A stretch of DNA of 64,000 nucleotides from Alphaproteobacteria bacterium. Lineage in GTDB: Bacteria > Myxococcota_A > UBA796 > CAJQPC01. The stretch covers positions 223,127 to 287,126 of the forward strand of contig JACKEV010000010.1 in NCBI GenBank assembly GCA_020632795.1, read 5' to 3'. Positions 20,975 through 32,300 of this stretch are shown in pieces (the first letter of the stretch is position 1; each line of letters opens with the position of its first letter). The notes beneath the pieces were generated by a model. It searched no databases, was not told where the DNA came from, and worked only from the letters and a program-made list of their open reading frames with translations. The position numbers and the translations under genes are program-made.

Positions 20975-21673
20975 TTACAGGATCTCGCCCAGAAACCGTC
21001 CGCAGTGGCGGCAGTGGACCAGCGCCACGCCGCGCCGATGCTCCGAGCGGGCGATGGCGTTGATGCCCACCTGGCAGCCGGTGCAGGCGTCGCCGCGCAC
21101 GTCGGCGAACGGCGTCACGCCCTTGCGCCGCAGGATATCGTACCGGCTCAGGTTTTCGCGGAAGATGCCCTCCCGGGCGGCGTCACGCTCGGCGGTGGCC
21201 CCGGCCAGCGCGTCCGCCAGGCCAGGGGCGCGGGCCTCCCGGGCCTCGGTGGCCTCCCGGTGCCGCAGCTCCAGGAGCTGCTGGCCGTTGGTGAGGGCCT
21301 CCAGGCTGCCCTGGGCCGCGTCGATCTGCTCCATGAGGTCGAGCAGCGCGGTCTCCTCCTCATCGACGATGGCGGCGCACTGCTCCGCCTGGGACTGGGC
21401 GACCCGGAAGTCGGGGGCCCGGCCCTCCTCGATGAGCCGGATGGCCTGATCGCGGCGCTTCTCGTAGGTGGCCATGCGCTTGGAGCGTCGGGCCTCCTCG
21501 GCCTGGAGGGCGTCGAGCGCCTCTCGGGCCGCCGCCGCCTTGGCGCGGGCCTCCTCGAGCTGGGCGGCGGTGCGCTCCACCCGGACGCGCAGCCCCTCCC
21601 CCTCGGCGAGCAGGGCGTCGCGGGCTTGATCCTGTTTCCACAGCGCTTCGAGCTTCAGCCCCTGTTCGTGCAC
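20975..21673 (-). CDS. Zinc-ribbon/coiled-coil protein (COG1579/DUF164-like), commonly adjacent to rnpB
   Basis: Coiled-coil N-terminus and C-terminal CTGCQVG...CRHCGR zinc ribbon. Confidence 0.7.
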   Translation of the reverse strand: MHEQGLKLEALWKQDQARDALLAEGEGLRVRVERTAAQLEEARAKAAAAREALDALQAEEARRSKRMATYEKRRDQAIRLIEEGRAPDFRVAQSQAEQCAAIVDEEETALLDLMEQIDAAQGSLEALTNGQQLLELRHREATEAREARAPGLADALAGATAERDAAREGIFRENLSRYDILRRKGVTPFADVRGDACTGCQVGINAIARSEHRRGVALVHCRHCGRFLGEIL

Positions 21674-21869
21674 GGCGTCCTCCGGGGGGTCCCGACAGGA
21701 TACACCGGCGGCGCCCCGAGGGTCGGCCGCCGCGCCCGACGACCGGACAGGTCCTGGACACGTCGACGGTCGCCCGCGTGCTACGGTCGGCGCCTCGCCA
21801 CAGCGGTCATCGACCGTCGGGGCCGGCCCGGGTGGTCAGGGACGACACACGCAGTCCAGGAAGGACGCC

Positions 21870-23870
21870 ATGACATCCTGCAACGCCAGCGTGCTGCTCG
21901 CTGGTGTCGGTGGAGACTCCCACTCCGTCGGCCTCACCATCCTGCGGCGGGCGCTGCGACGCCGCGGTTTCCAGGTGGTCAGCCTGGGGACCCAGTGCCC
22001 GATCGAGCAGATCGCACAGCGCGCGCCGGGCTTCGACCTGGTGATGGTCTCCTGCATGGACGGCCACGCGCACCACTACCTCGGCAGCCTCGCGGGGCTC
22101 CGGGCGGCGCACGGCGGCGCGGCCCTCTGGTACCTGGGCGGCGCCCCGTCGCTCAGGTTCGACGAGGCAGCGGAGCAGAGGCTGCGCGCCCTCGGGTTCG
22201 ATCGGGTCTTCGTGCGCTTCGTCGACGTCGAGCGCGTGATGGAGATCGCAGCCGGTGACCTCGTGGAGAGGGCACCGGCGGGCGGCCGGTTGGACGGCCT
22301 GGTCTCCCTGCGGCGCCCCTCGCGTCCCCTGTCGGCGGCCTTCGGCGAGGGTCGTCTCGCGGATGACGCCTTCCACCGGGAGCGGGCGGAGGTGTTGGCG
22401 GCCTGGTCGACCGGTCGAGGCGCGGCGGACCTCCAGGACAACGCAAAGTTCCTGGGGAGCCGGCGCCACAGCGTCGTCAGCCGTCAGGCCGAGGTGCGAC
22501 GCGGCGAGCGCCCCCTGCTCATCCAGCCGCGCTCGGGCGTCTCGGACCTGACCGAGCAGATCGAGCTGTTCCTGGCCTTCCAGGCGGCAGGCGCCGGGGT
22601 GCTGTCCTACCAGGTGGACTCGCTGACCCGGAACAACCGGTACGCCGACGTGGCGCGCGCGCGCGACCAGGCGCGGGCCAGCGGGGCGGAGACCCTGAAC
22701 GGCTTCCCGGTGATCAACCACGGCGTGGAAGGCCTCCGCCAGGTGGCGCGAGCCGTCGACGTCCCCCTCCAGACCCGCCACAGCACACGCGATCCCAGGC
22801 TGTTGGCCGAGGTCTCCTACGCGGGCGGGGTGTCGAGCTTCGAGGGCGGGGCGATCTGCTACAACATCCCGTACTACAAGGATTATCCGCTCACCGAGTC
22901 GATCCGGGCGTGGCAGTACGTGGACCGCCTGACGGGCCTCTACCTGGCGCGGTTCGGGATCGCCCTGGACCGGGAGTACTTCGGGACCCTCACCGCGACG
23001 CTGGTGCCGCCGTGCCTGGCGATCGCGACGGGAATCCTGGAGTCGCTGCTCGCGCTCCAGCAAGGCGCCCGTCACGTCAGCATCGGCTACGCGGAGCAGG
23101 GCCACCGCGTCCAGGACATCGCGGCGATCCGCGCCATCTCTCCGGTCGCCACGCGAACCTTCCGCCGCGCCGGCTTCCCTGACGTCACCATCGGGACCAT
23201 CTTCCACCAGTACATGGCGGCCTTCCCCGGCGACCCCGAGCACGGCGCCGCGCTGATCCGGGCCTCCGCGACGACCGCCGCGCTGGCGGGGGCGACCCGG
23301 GTGCTCACCAAGACCCCGACCGAGGCGAGCCGCATCCCCTCGGTCGCCGACAACCTGGACGGCCTCCGTCTGGTCCGCGGCGGGGTCGAGGAGGGGCTGC
23401 GCGCGCCGACGCCTCCAGACGAGCGCCTCATCCGGGAGGAGCAGCGCCTGATCGAGGCCCAGACCCTCGCCATCGTCGACGCCACCCTCCGCGCGGGGGG
23501 CGGCGACGTGGCCGTGGGCGTGGTCCGCGCCTTCGAACAGGGCCTGCTGGACATCCCCTTCGCGCCGAGCGTCTACAACCGGGGCGAGGTCATGACGGCC
23601 CGGGACGCGGACGGCGCCGTGCGCTTCGCAGACACCGCGAACCTCCCGTTCGACGAGGGTATCCAAGCCTTCCACCGGGCCCGCATCGAGCGGCGGCGGC
23701 GGGCCGAGGGGCTCGGCCCCGGGGAGCTGGAGGTGCTGGTGGAGCGGGACGTGCTGCAGCTCGCCCGGGAGCCCTTCGCCGGCTGGCCGCTGGCCGGCGG
23801 CGCGATGGGCCCGGGGCGGGACCGTCGGGACGCGGGGGGTGCAGAGCCCCTCCAGGAGGGAGGACGCTGA
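21870..23870 (+). CDS. Fused glutamate mutase (methylaspartate mutase): B12-binding S domain plus E subunit in one polypeptide
   Basis: N-terminus VLLAGVGGDSHSVGLTIL carries the DxHxxG cobalamin-binding motif. Residues ~150-640 align with GlmE (FHRERAEVLAAW..., LNGFPVINHGVEG, TLVPP). Confidence 0.75.
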   Translation: MTSCNASVLLAGVGGDSHSVGLTILRRALRRRGFQVVSLGTQCPIEQIAQRAPGFDLVMVSCMDGHAHHYLGSLAGLRAAHGGAALWYLGGAPSLRFDEAAEQRLRALGFDRVFVRFVDVERVMEIAAGDLVERAPAGGRLDGLVSLRRPSRPLSAAFGEGRLADDAFHRERAEVLAAWSTGRGAADLQDNAKFLGSRRHSVVSRQAEVRRGERPLLIQPRSGVSDLTEQIELFLAFQAAGAGVLSYQVDSLTRNNRYADVARARDQARASGAETLNGFPVINHGVEGLRQVARAVDVPLQTRHSTRDPRLLAEVSYAGGVSSFEGGAICYNIPYYKDYPLTESIRAWQYVDRLTGLYLARFGIALDREYFGTLTATLVPPCLAIATGILESLLALQQGARHVSIGYAEQGHRVQDIAAIRAISPVATRTFRRAGFPDVTIGTIFHQYMAAFPGDPEHGAALIRASATTAALAGATRVLTKTPTEASRIPSVADNLDGLRLVRGGVEEGLRAPTPPDERLIREEQRLIEAQTLAIVDATLRAGGGDVAVGVVRAFEQGLLDIPFAPSVYNRGEVMTARDADGAVRFADTANLPFDEGIQAFHRARIERRRRAEGLGPGELEVLVERDVLQLAREPFAGWPLAGGAMGPGRDRRDAGGAEPLQEGGR

Positions 23871-23894
23871 GGCCGGCGCGCGGCGTCGGGCCGC

Positions 23895-25391
23895 TCAGTC
23901 GTCGATCGACGGGCCGATGGTGCGCACGTAGAGCTTCTGCAGCTCGTTGTAGCTGGTCGGGGGCGGCGGGTCGGACCTGAGCTGGTGGAGGGCGGCGCTC
24001 AGCTCGCTCATGGAGAAGTGCGCCTGGGCCTCCTTGACCGCCGCAGCCGCCGAGGTGCCCGCGGTGATGGCCTCGCGGAGGTGGTCCCGGGCGTCGTACA
24101 CTCGCACGTTCACCGCCAGCTCCGGGCGGCTGCTGGCGAGGGCGTCCTGCAGCAGGGCGATGTTCCCGTCGAGATCGCGGAGATCGGTGAGCCCGATCTC
24201 GACCCGTTCCAGGCCATCGGCGAGCCGGGCGACGACCTCGGGCAGACGCCGATGGTGCAGGCCCCATGACGGGAAGCGGCGCGTCGTCCGCGCGAGGGAC
24301 CAGCGGTCGTCGACGCGGTGGTAGATCAGCTCCCCCCCCACCGGGACGCGGTCGATGTGCGCGGGCAGCGCCTCCAGCATGGGCCCGTGAGGGGCGTCGG
24401 CGGAGAAGAAACGCACCGCCTGAAGCCTGGGGAACCACGCCGCCATCGGGGCCTGCTCGGCCTCGGCCAGCTCCAGGGTGGTGACGTTGGGGAAGCGCGC
24501 GGCGTCCTCCGGCGTGAACGCGACGCCGCCGGGCAGCCCCAGAGCCTCCAGCCGCGCCGGGATGTCGGTGGCCATCAGGGCGTCCCAGGGCCCGCCGCCG
24601 AAGACGCGCAGCTCGGTGACGGTGGCCCACTCCGGCGCGGAGAAGTCCTCGTCGGCGTTGAACCGGGACAGGGTGAGGCTGTAGACGAAGCCGTCGCGGA
24701 ACTTCGAGTCGAAGTCGGGCCGGGCGTAGGCGGACAGCGGGGTGACCCGCTCGTAGCAGTAGTTGGTGTGGCCGGCGAGGTAGGGCATCAAGGCCCCCGC
24801 GAAGTCCCTCTCGTGGCGCCGGTGGGCGTCGTAGAGCACCTTGCCCTGCTTCTTCGTGAGCTTGCCCCTGGTCTGATAGAGCATCTGCAGCTCCAGGAAG
24901 GCGGCGCGGGGGTCGTTCGCCGCCTGCATCGCCTCCAGCAGGACCTCTCGGGGGGCGCGGTCTCGGGGGGCCGCCCGGATCGCGGCGATGTGCGCGGGGT
25001 ACGCCCGCGCCAGCGGGGGCGGTCCCAGGTCCTCCGTGCCTGGCAGCGGGGTCGGCTTGACCTCGATGGCGTGATCCTCGCTCCCGGGCCGGACCACGTC
25101 GAGGCCCTCCTCTTCCAATGCGCCGCAGAGGATGTCGAGGTCCCCCTTCCAGTGCAGCCAAAGCGTGCTGAGCAGGACGCCGTCCTCGCCGAACGCGCTG
25201 TTCGACTGGCGGTGCCAGAACACGCCTTGCGTCTCGCTCAGGCCCATGCGGGCGGACGCCTCGGCGAGGTCCTCCCAGCCGGCGCTCTGCGTCTGGCCCC
25301 GGTTGGCCAGCGCAGGGAGGCCCAGCGCCTGGAGGGTCTTGAAGGCGGCGCGCAGAGCCTCGCGGTGGGTGCGGTGCAGCGGATCGGTCAC
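23895..25391 (-). CDS. Hypothetical protein
   Basis: Long ORF with coding-like bias. Proposed GTG start at 25391 because the ATG at 25424 would overlap the tRNA. Confidence 0.45.
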   Translation of the reverse strand: MTDPLHRTHREALRAAFKTLQALGLPALANRGQTQSAGWEDLAEASARMGLSETQGVFWHRQSNSAFGEDGVLLSTLWLHWKGDLDILCGALEEEGLDVVRPGSEDHAIEVKPTPLPGTEDLGPPPLARAYPAHIAAIRAAPRDRAPREVLLEAMQAANDPRAAFLELQMLYQTRGKLTKKQGKVLYDAHRRHERDFAGALMPYLAGHTNYCYERVTPLSAYARPDFDSKFRDGFVYSLTLSRFNADEDFSAPEWATVTELRVFGGGPWDALMATDIPARLEALGLPGGVAFTPEDAARFPNVTTLELAEAEQAPMAAWFPRLQAVRFFSADAPHGPMLEALPAHIDRVPVGGELIYHRVDDRWSLARTTRRFPSWGLHHRRLPEVVARLADGLERVEIGLTDLRDLDGNIALLQDALASSRPELAVNVRVYDARDHLREAITAGTSAAAAVKEAQAHFSMSELSAALHQLRSDPPPPTSYNELQKLYVRTIGPSIDD

Positions 25392-25415
25392 AGCAATCCC
25401 CCGAAGCGGTGAAGG

Positions 25416-25488
25416 TGGGCCCACCAGGATTCGAACCTGGAACCAGCCGGGTATGAGCCGGATGCTCTGACCGTTGAGCTATAGGCCC
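25416..25488 (-). tRNA. tRNA-Met (anticodon CAT), elongator-type (G1-C72); tRNA-Ile2 (lysidine) not excluded
   Basis: GGGCCTATAGCTCAACGGTCAGAGCATCCGGCTCATACCCGGCTGGTTCCAGGTTCGAATCCTGGTGGGCCCA folds as a cloverleaf (7-bp acceptor, 5-bp T stem, GGTTCGAATCC T-loop). CCA not encoded. Confidence 0.85.
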
Positions 25489-25518
25489 GGCTTCGCCTTC
25501 CTGAACGTCGGGGGCGGG

Positions 25519-27237
<1,719 letters not shown>

Positions 27238-27597
27238 CCAGTCCTCTTGGATGTACGCGCGGGTGCGACCCCTGCGCGGTCTGCGGGTCGACGGTCAGCG
27301 GCGAGGGGGCCGGAGCGGCGCCTCGGGCTGGAACCGACCGTCGGGATCCGACGATAGGCGGCAGTTGGGAGGTGTTCGCGATGCGCGAGAATCGGCTGCC
27401 TCTCAGCTCACAGAGCAAGATACCTTTGCCCGTCCACGGAGGGCCCGCAAGGAGAAAATCCGACCGCGGGAGGCATTTCAGGGCGATCAGAGGTCCGATG
27501 CGCCGCCCTCGGACAGAATCCGGATCCGCAGACAGGGTTTGTGATCGCTCCATCCTGCCTTCGCGGTCGGGCTACCCCGATCGTGTCACGTCCGCTG

Positions 27598-29373
27598 TCA
27601 CACCGAGGCGCGAACCAGCGGCATCAGGGCGTGGACCCGCTTCTGGAGCTGCGCCTGCTCGGCCAGCAGGGCGCGCAGGGACTCGGGGGTGCCGACGCGC
27701 TCCTGGTCCTTGATGCGCTGCCGGAGCGCCGAGAGGCGGCCCTCCAGCGCGCGGCGCTCCAGCCGGGCCAGGATCTGGCGGGTCATGGCCTCGGCCTGCT
27801 CGGGCTCGCAGAAGCCCTCCTGGGCGGCGACGTGGCGGAGGACCCGCTCGACGTCGGGATCGTCGATCTCATCGAGCAGAGCGGGCAGCGGGCGGCCCTC
27901 CAGCAGGCGCAGGATGACCCGCCCGACGTCCGCGCGCTCGGTGACGATGGACGGGTCGGTGATGCCGGCGATGAGGGGGGCGGTCTGCTCGGGCAGGTGG
28001 AGGAGCAGCCACAGCAGGCGGTTCAGCTCGGCGTTGCCCACCCAGCGCGCCCCCCGGGCCCCGGCGCGGGGGGGCGGCGCAGCCTCCCGGCCCCTGCCGA
28101 GCATCTCCCGCAGCACGCCCTCCCGCACGCCCACCACGTCTGCGGTGCGGCGCAGCATGTCCGCCCGCATGACCTGCGGCATCTGGCGCAGCAGCGGGAT
28201 CAGCTCCTCGGACGCGCGCTGCCGGCCGCCGGGGGTCTTGCCGTGGCGCTTCGCCACCCGCTCCACGACCAGCTCGGCGAGGGGGCGGGCCACGGCGAGG
28301 CGGGCCTCGAAGGCCTCGGGGCCCTCGGCCCGCACGAAGTCGTCGGGGTCCTGCCCGCCGGGCAGCTCCAGGTGCCGCGGCTCCAGCCCGGCCGCCAGGA
28401 ACAGCGGCAGCGACTTCTCGGCGGCCCGGAGGCCGGCCTCGTCGCCGTCGAACAGGGCGATGACGGTGGAGGTGAGGCGCCGGAGCTGCTCCAGGTGGCG
28501 CTCGGTCAGGGCGGTGCCGCAGGCGGCGACGGTCTCGGGGAAGCCGGCCTGCACCAGGGAGATGACGTCGAAGTAGCCCTCCACCACGATGACCCGGTCG
28601 CGCCGCTGGATGGCCGGGCGGGCCTGGCCCAGCCCGAACAGGGTGCTGGACTTGTCGTAGACCTCGGTCTCGGGGGAGTTGATGTACTTGGGGCCCTCGC
28701 CCTCCAGGATGCGCCCCCCGAAGGCGATGGGGCGGTCCCGGCGGTCGCAGATCGGCACGATGACGCGGTCGCGGAACAGGTCGTAGGTGGAGCCCCGGGC
28801 CTCGTTGCGCTTCGCCAGCCCCGCCCGGATGGCCAGCTCGGGGGAGATGCCCTCGCGGTGCAGGTGGTCGAGCAGGCCCGTCCAGCGCCCCGGCGCGAAG
28901 CCCAGGCGGAAGCGCTCGACGGTCTCCAGGGTGACGCCGCGGTCCCGCAGGTAGTCCCGGGCGGTCGCAGCCTCGGGGCGGGTGAGCAGGGTGTTGTGGA
29001 ACCAGGCGGCGGCGGCCTCGCAGGCGTCGTGCAGCGACGCGCGGCGACGCAGGCGGGTGCGCTCGTCCTGGCTCAGCTCCCGCTCCTCGATGGTGACCCC
29101 GGCGGGGCCGGCCAGCTCCTTGAGGGCCTCGATGAAGGAGAGGCCCTGGACCTTCTCCAGGAACTTGAAGACGTCGCCCCCCTCGCCGCAGCCGAAGCAG
29201 TGGAAGATCTGCTTGCTGCGGATGACGTGGAAGCTGGGGGTCTTCTCCTGGTGGAAGGGGCAGAGCCCGACGTGGCTGTTGCCGCGCGCCCGCAGGGTCA
29301 CGAAGCGGCCGATCACCTCGACGATGTCGGTGCGCTCGCGGACCTCTTCGATGATGGGGCGGGGGATCTGCAT
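27598..29373 (-). CDS. dnaG: DNA primase
   Basis: MQIPRPIIEEVRERTDIVEVIGRFVTLRARGNSHVGLCPFHQEKTPSFHV... (zinc-binding, TOPRIM). ATG at 29373; the track start at 29454 would overlap the upstream gene. Confidence 0.85.
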   Translation of the reverse strand: MQIPRPIIEEVRERTDIVEVIGRFVTLRARGNSHVGLCPFHQEKTPSFHVIRSKQIFHCFGCGEGGDVFKFLEKVQGLSFIEALKELAGPAGVTIEERELSQDERTRLRRRASLHDACEAAAAWFHNTLLTRPEAATARDYLRDRGVTLETVERFRLGFAPGRWTGLLDHLHREGISPELAIRAGLAKRNEARGSTYDLFRDRVIVPICDRRDRPIAFGGRILEGEGPKYINSPETEVYDKSSTLFGLGQARPAIQRRDRVIVVEGYFDVISLVQAGFPETVAACGTALTERHLEQLRRLTSTVIALFDGDEAGLRAAEKSLPLFLAAGLEPRHLELPGGQDPDDFVRAEGPEAFEARLAVARPLAELVVERVAKRHGKTPGGRQRASEELIPLLRQMPQVMRADMLRRTADVVGVREGVLREMLGRGREAAPPPRAGARGARWVGNAELNRLLWLLLHLPEQTAPLIAGITDPSIVTERADVGRVILRLLEGRPLPALLDEIDDPDVERVLRHVAAQEGFCEPEQAEAMTRQILARLERRALEGRLSALRQRIKDQERVGTPESLRALLAEQAQLQKRVHALMPLVRASV

Positions 29374-29380
29374 GGGAGGG

Positions 29381-32300
29381 TCAGCAGACCTCAAACAACT
29401 GAATCGCCTCGTCGCGCCCCTTGACCAGCACCGGCTCCAGGCGGCGCAGCTCAAACGCCGCCAGCGGCAGCGCCGACACCGTCTCCCGCGAGATGAGCAC
29501 CTGCCCCGGGCCGGCGAGGTCGCAGATGCGGGACGCGACGTTCACGACGTCGCCGACGGCGGTGTACTCCATGCGCTCCTCGGAGCCGATGTTGCCCACC
29601 GAGACCTCGCCGGTGTGGATGCCGATGCCCGTGCCTGGCACCCGCCGCCCCAGGTCCCGCTGCCCCTGGAGCCAGGACGAGATGGCCTCCTGGATCTCCC
29701 GGGCGGCCTGCACGGCCTGGATCGCGTGGTCGGGCCGCTCCACCGGGGCCCCAAAGATGGCCATCAACCCATCACCAAGATACTTATCCAGAGTACCCCC
29801 GTGCTTGAAGATGATGGGGGTGACCAGCGAGAACACCTGGTTGAGGGTGTCGACCACCACCTGGGAGGGCAGGTTGGAGGACCAGGCCGAGAAGCCCCGC
29901 ACGTCGGTGAACACCATCGTGACGACGGCCTTGCGGGCCCCCAGGGAGACCAGTTGGGGGTCCGCGATGATGGCCTGGGCGACGTCCTTGGACAGGTAGC
30001 GCTCGAGCTGGCGGCGCTGGCTCTTGAGGGCCTCCTGCTGGCGGACCTCCTCGACGAGCTGGCGGTCGAGGCGGGCGACGTCGATGGCGAAGCCCGCCTG
30101 CCCTGCGAGCAACGTCAGCAGCGGCTCGTCGAGGGGCGCGGTGTAGTCGGGGCGCTCGTCGATCTCCAGGTAGACCAGCCCGACGACGGTGCCGCCGCCG
30201 TCGCTCTGGGCAATGGTCGTCAGCTCCGGCACCGAGAGGGCCATGATCTGCTCCTGGCGGCGCTGGACCTCCATGGGATGGCCCTCCAGCTCGCGCAGCA
30301 AGGAGCGCAGCGGGACGGCGATGACCTCGCACGGGACGTCCCCGACCCGGGTCAGCGCTGGCGCCTCGCCCTTGGCGCGGACGGGCCCCTGAGCGTCCAG
30401 GGCGCGCTCCAGCACGTCCTCGGAGAGCAGCACGCCCCGGGTGGGCAGACTGTGACGCTCCAGGTCACGGGCGTGCTCCAGGCGCAGCTCCCCGCTGCGG
30501 TCGTCCAGCAGGAGCATCGCGGCGCGGTCAGCCCCGGTGACGTCCAGCATGCGGTCGAGCACCAGGGCAAGCAGCTCCTCGGTGGACCGGACCGAAGCCA
30601 GGAGCTGGCCGAGCTGGGTCAGCATCGAGAGGCGGTACTCGCGCTGGGCGAGCCGGGCGTGCTCCAGGGCGTTGGCCAGGAAGCCCGACAGCATGCGCAC
30701 CTGGGGCCACAGCTCCCGCAGGTAGGTGTCGGTGATCGGGGAGTCAGCGCTGGGGCGCACCAGCACCACCCCGAAGACCTGCCCGCTGGCGACCCCGCCC
30801 GGGGCCGGGGGGCGCACCAGGGGGTAGACCCACACGCCGTAGTCCGCCATGTCCACCGCCCGGTCCTCGACCCGGTCCATGCGGCGGAGCTGGGCCATCA
30901 GGTCGGCGGGAGGCTCGACGTGCTGGGGCGTGTCCTCGGCGTCCTGGCCCATGGTCAGCTCGGGGGAGTCGATCGTCTCGAAGACGACCACCCAGCGGTC
31001 GCTGCTGGGCACCGAGCGCCCCAGGACCTGGAGCGCACCCTCGACCACGTCGGCCAGCTCGACGGACCAGGTGAGCTGGGAGACCTGGTCGAAGCTGAGG
31101 TGGTGGGGGTCGACGGCGTGGGACCAGCCGTCGGCGCCGTTGCTGCCGAAGCCCAGGGCGCTGCGCAGGGACAGGGCCTGGCGCACCATGAAGGTGTTGC
31201 CCAGCCGCTCGAACTGGCGGATGGCCTCGCGCAGCAGCTCCTCGGCGTCGGGGTTGTCCTCGGCCGCGAACACCTGGGCCAGGATCATGCGGGCGATCCC
31301 GATGCGGATGGGGTTGCGGTAGCGCCGGGCCATGTCCAGGCACTCCTGGGCCAGCCGGCGGGCGTCCTCGACCCGGCCCTGCCCCAGCTCCGCCTGCGCC
31401 AGAAGCCCCGTGGCGACCATCTCGTTGTACTCGTTGCGGTGCTCGGGGTCCTGGCTGGAGGTGATGGCCGCGCGGGCGCAGCGGGCGGCGTGCACGAACT
31501 CGCCCCGCTCGATGCGCAGGCCGGCCTCGACCCAGTCGGCGATCTGGACCATGAGCGGCGCGCGGATGGCGGTCCCGCTGCAGATCTCCCGGCACTTCGC
31601 GGTCAGGGCCAGGCGCTGCGCCATGTCCCCCGGGCACCGGGCCCGCAGCACGGCCGACTGGGCCTCGGAGAAGCCGCCCATGTGGTGCATGGTGTCGATG
31701 ACCGCGCGCGCCCGGTCGAAGTGCCCCGCCTCGATGCAGGCCCAGGCCAGGCCCCGGTTGATGGCCTCGACGCTCTGGGGCCGCAGGGTGACGCGGATCT
31801 GCCGGTAGCGGCGCAGCTCCTGCTCGAGCTGGGCCAGCTCGCCGCGCTGCCCGTGGAAGATCGAGATGGCCATCATCTTGGTGGCCTCGATGTTCAGGGT
31901 CGAGAACTCCGGCTCCTGGCCCGGCGGCGGGCGGATGCGATCGAGGGCGGTGGGCAGGCCGCGCATGGCGTGGTGGGTGGCCAGGGCGATGTAGACCGCG
32001 CCCCACAGGCTGATGTGGAGGTCGTAGGGGTCCAGCTCCTTGCCCTGGGGCCCCTCCAGGATGCTGCGGGCCCGCTCCAGGCGCTGCTCCATCTCCTGGG
32101 TGCGGCCCTGGACCGGCAGCACCACGCACAGGCTGGCGTCGCAGATCGCGCCGATCGCCGAGCTGCGGCGGGGCACCAGGGGGAGGATCTCCTGCTCGGA
32201 GAGCTGCTCGCACTCCGCGAAGCGCCCGGTCCACCCCACCGCGACGGCCTTGAGGCCCCAGGCCACGAAGTACATCGAGTAGAAGCTCTTCATCGCGGCC

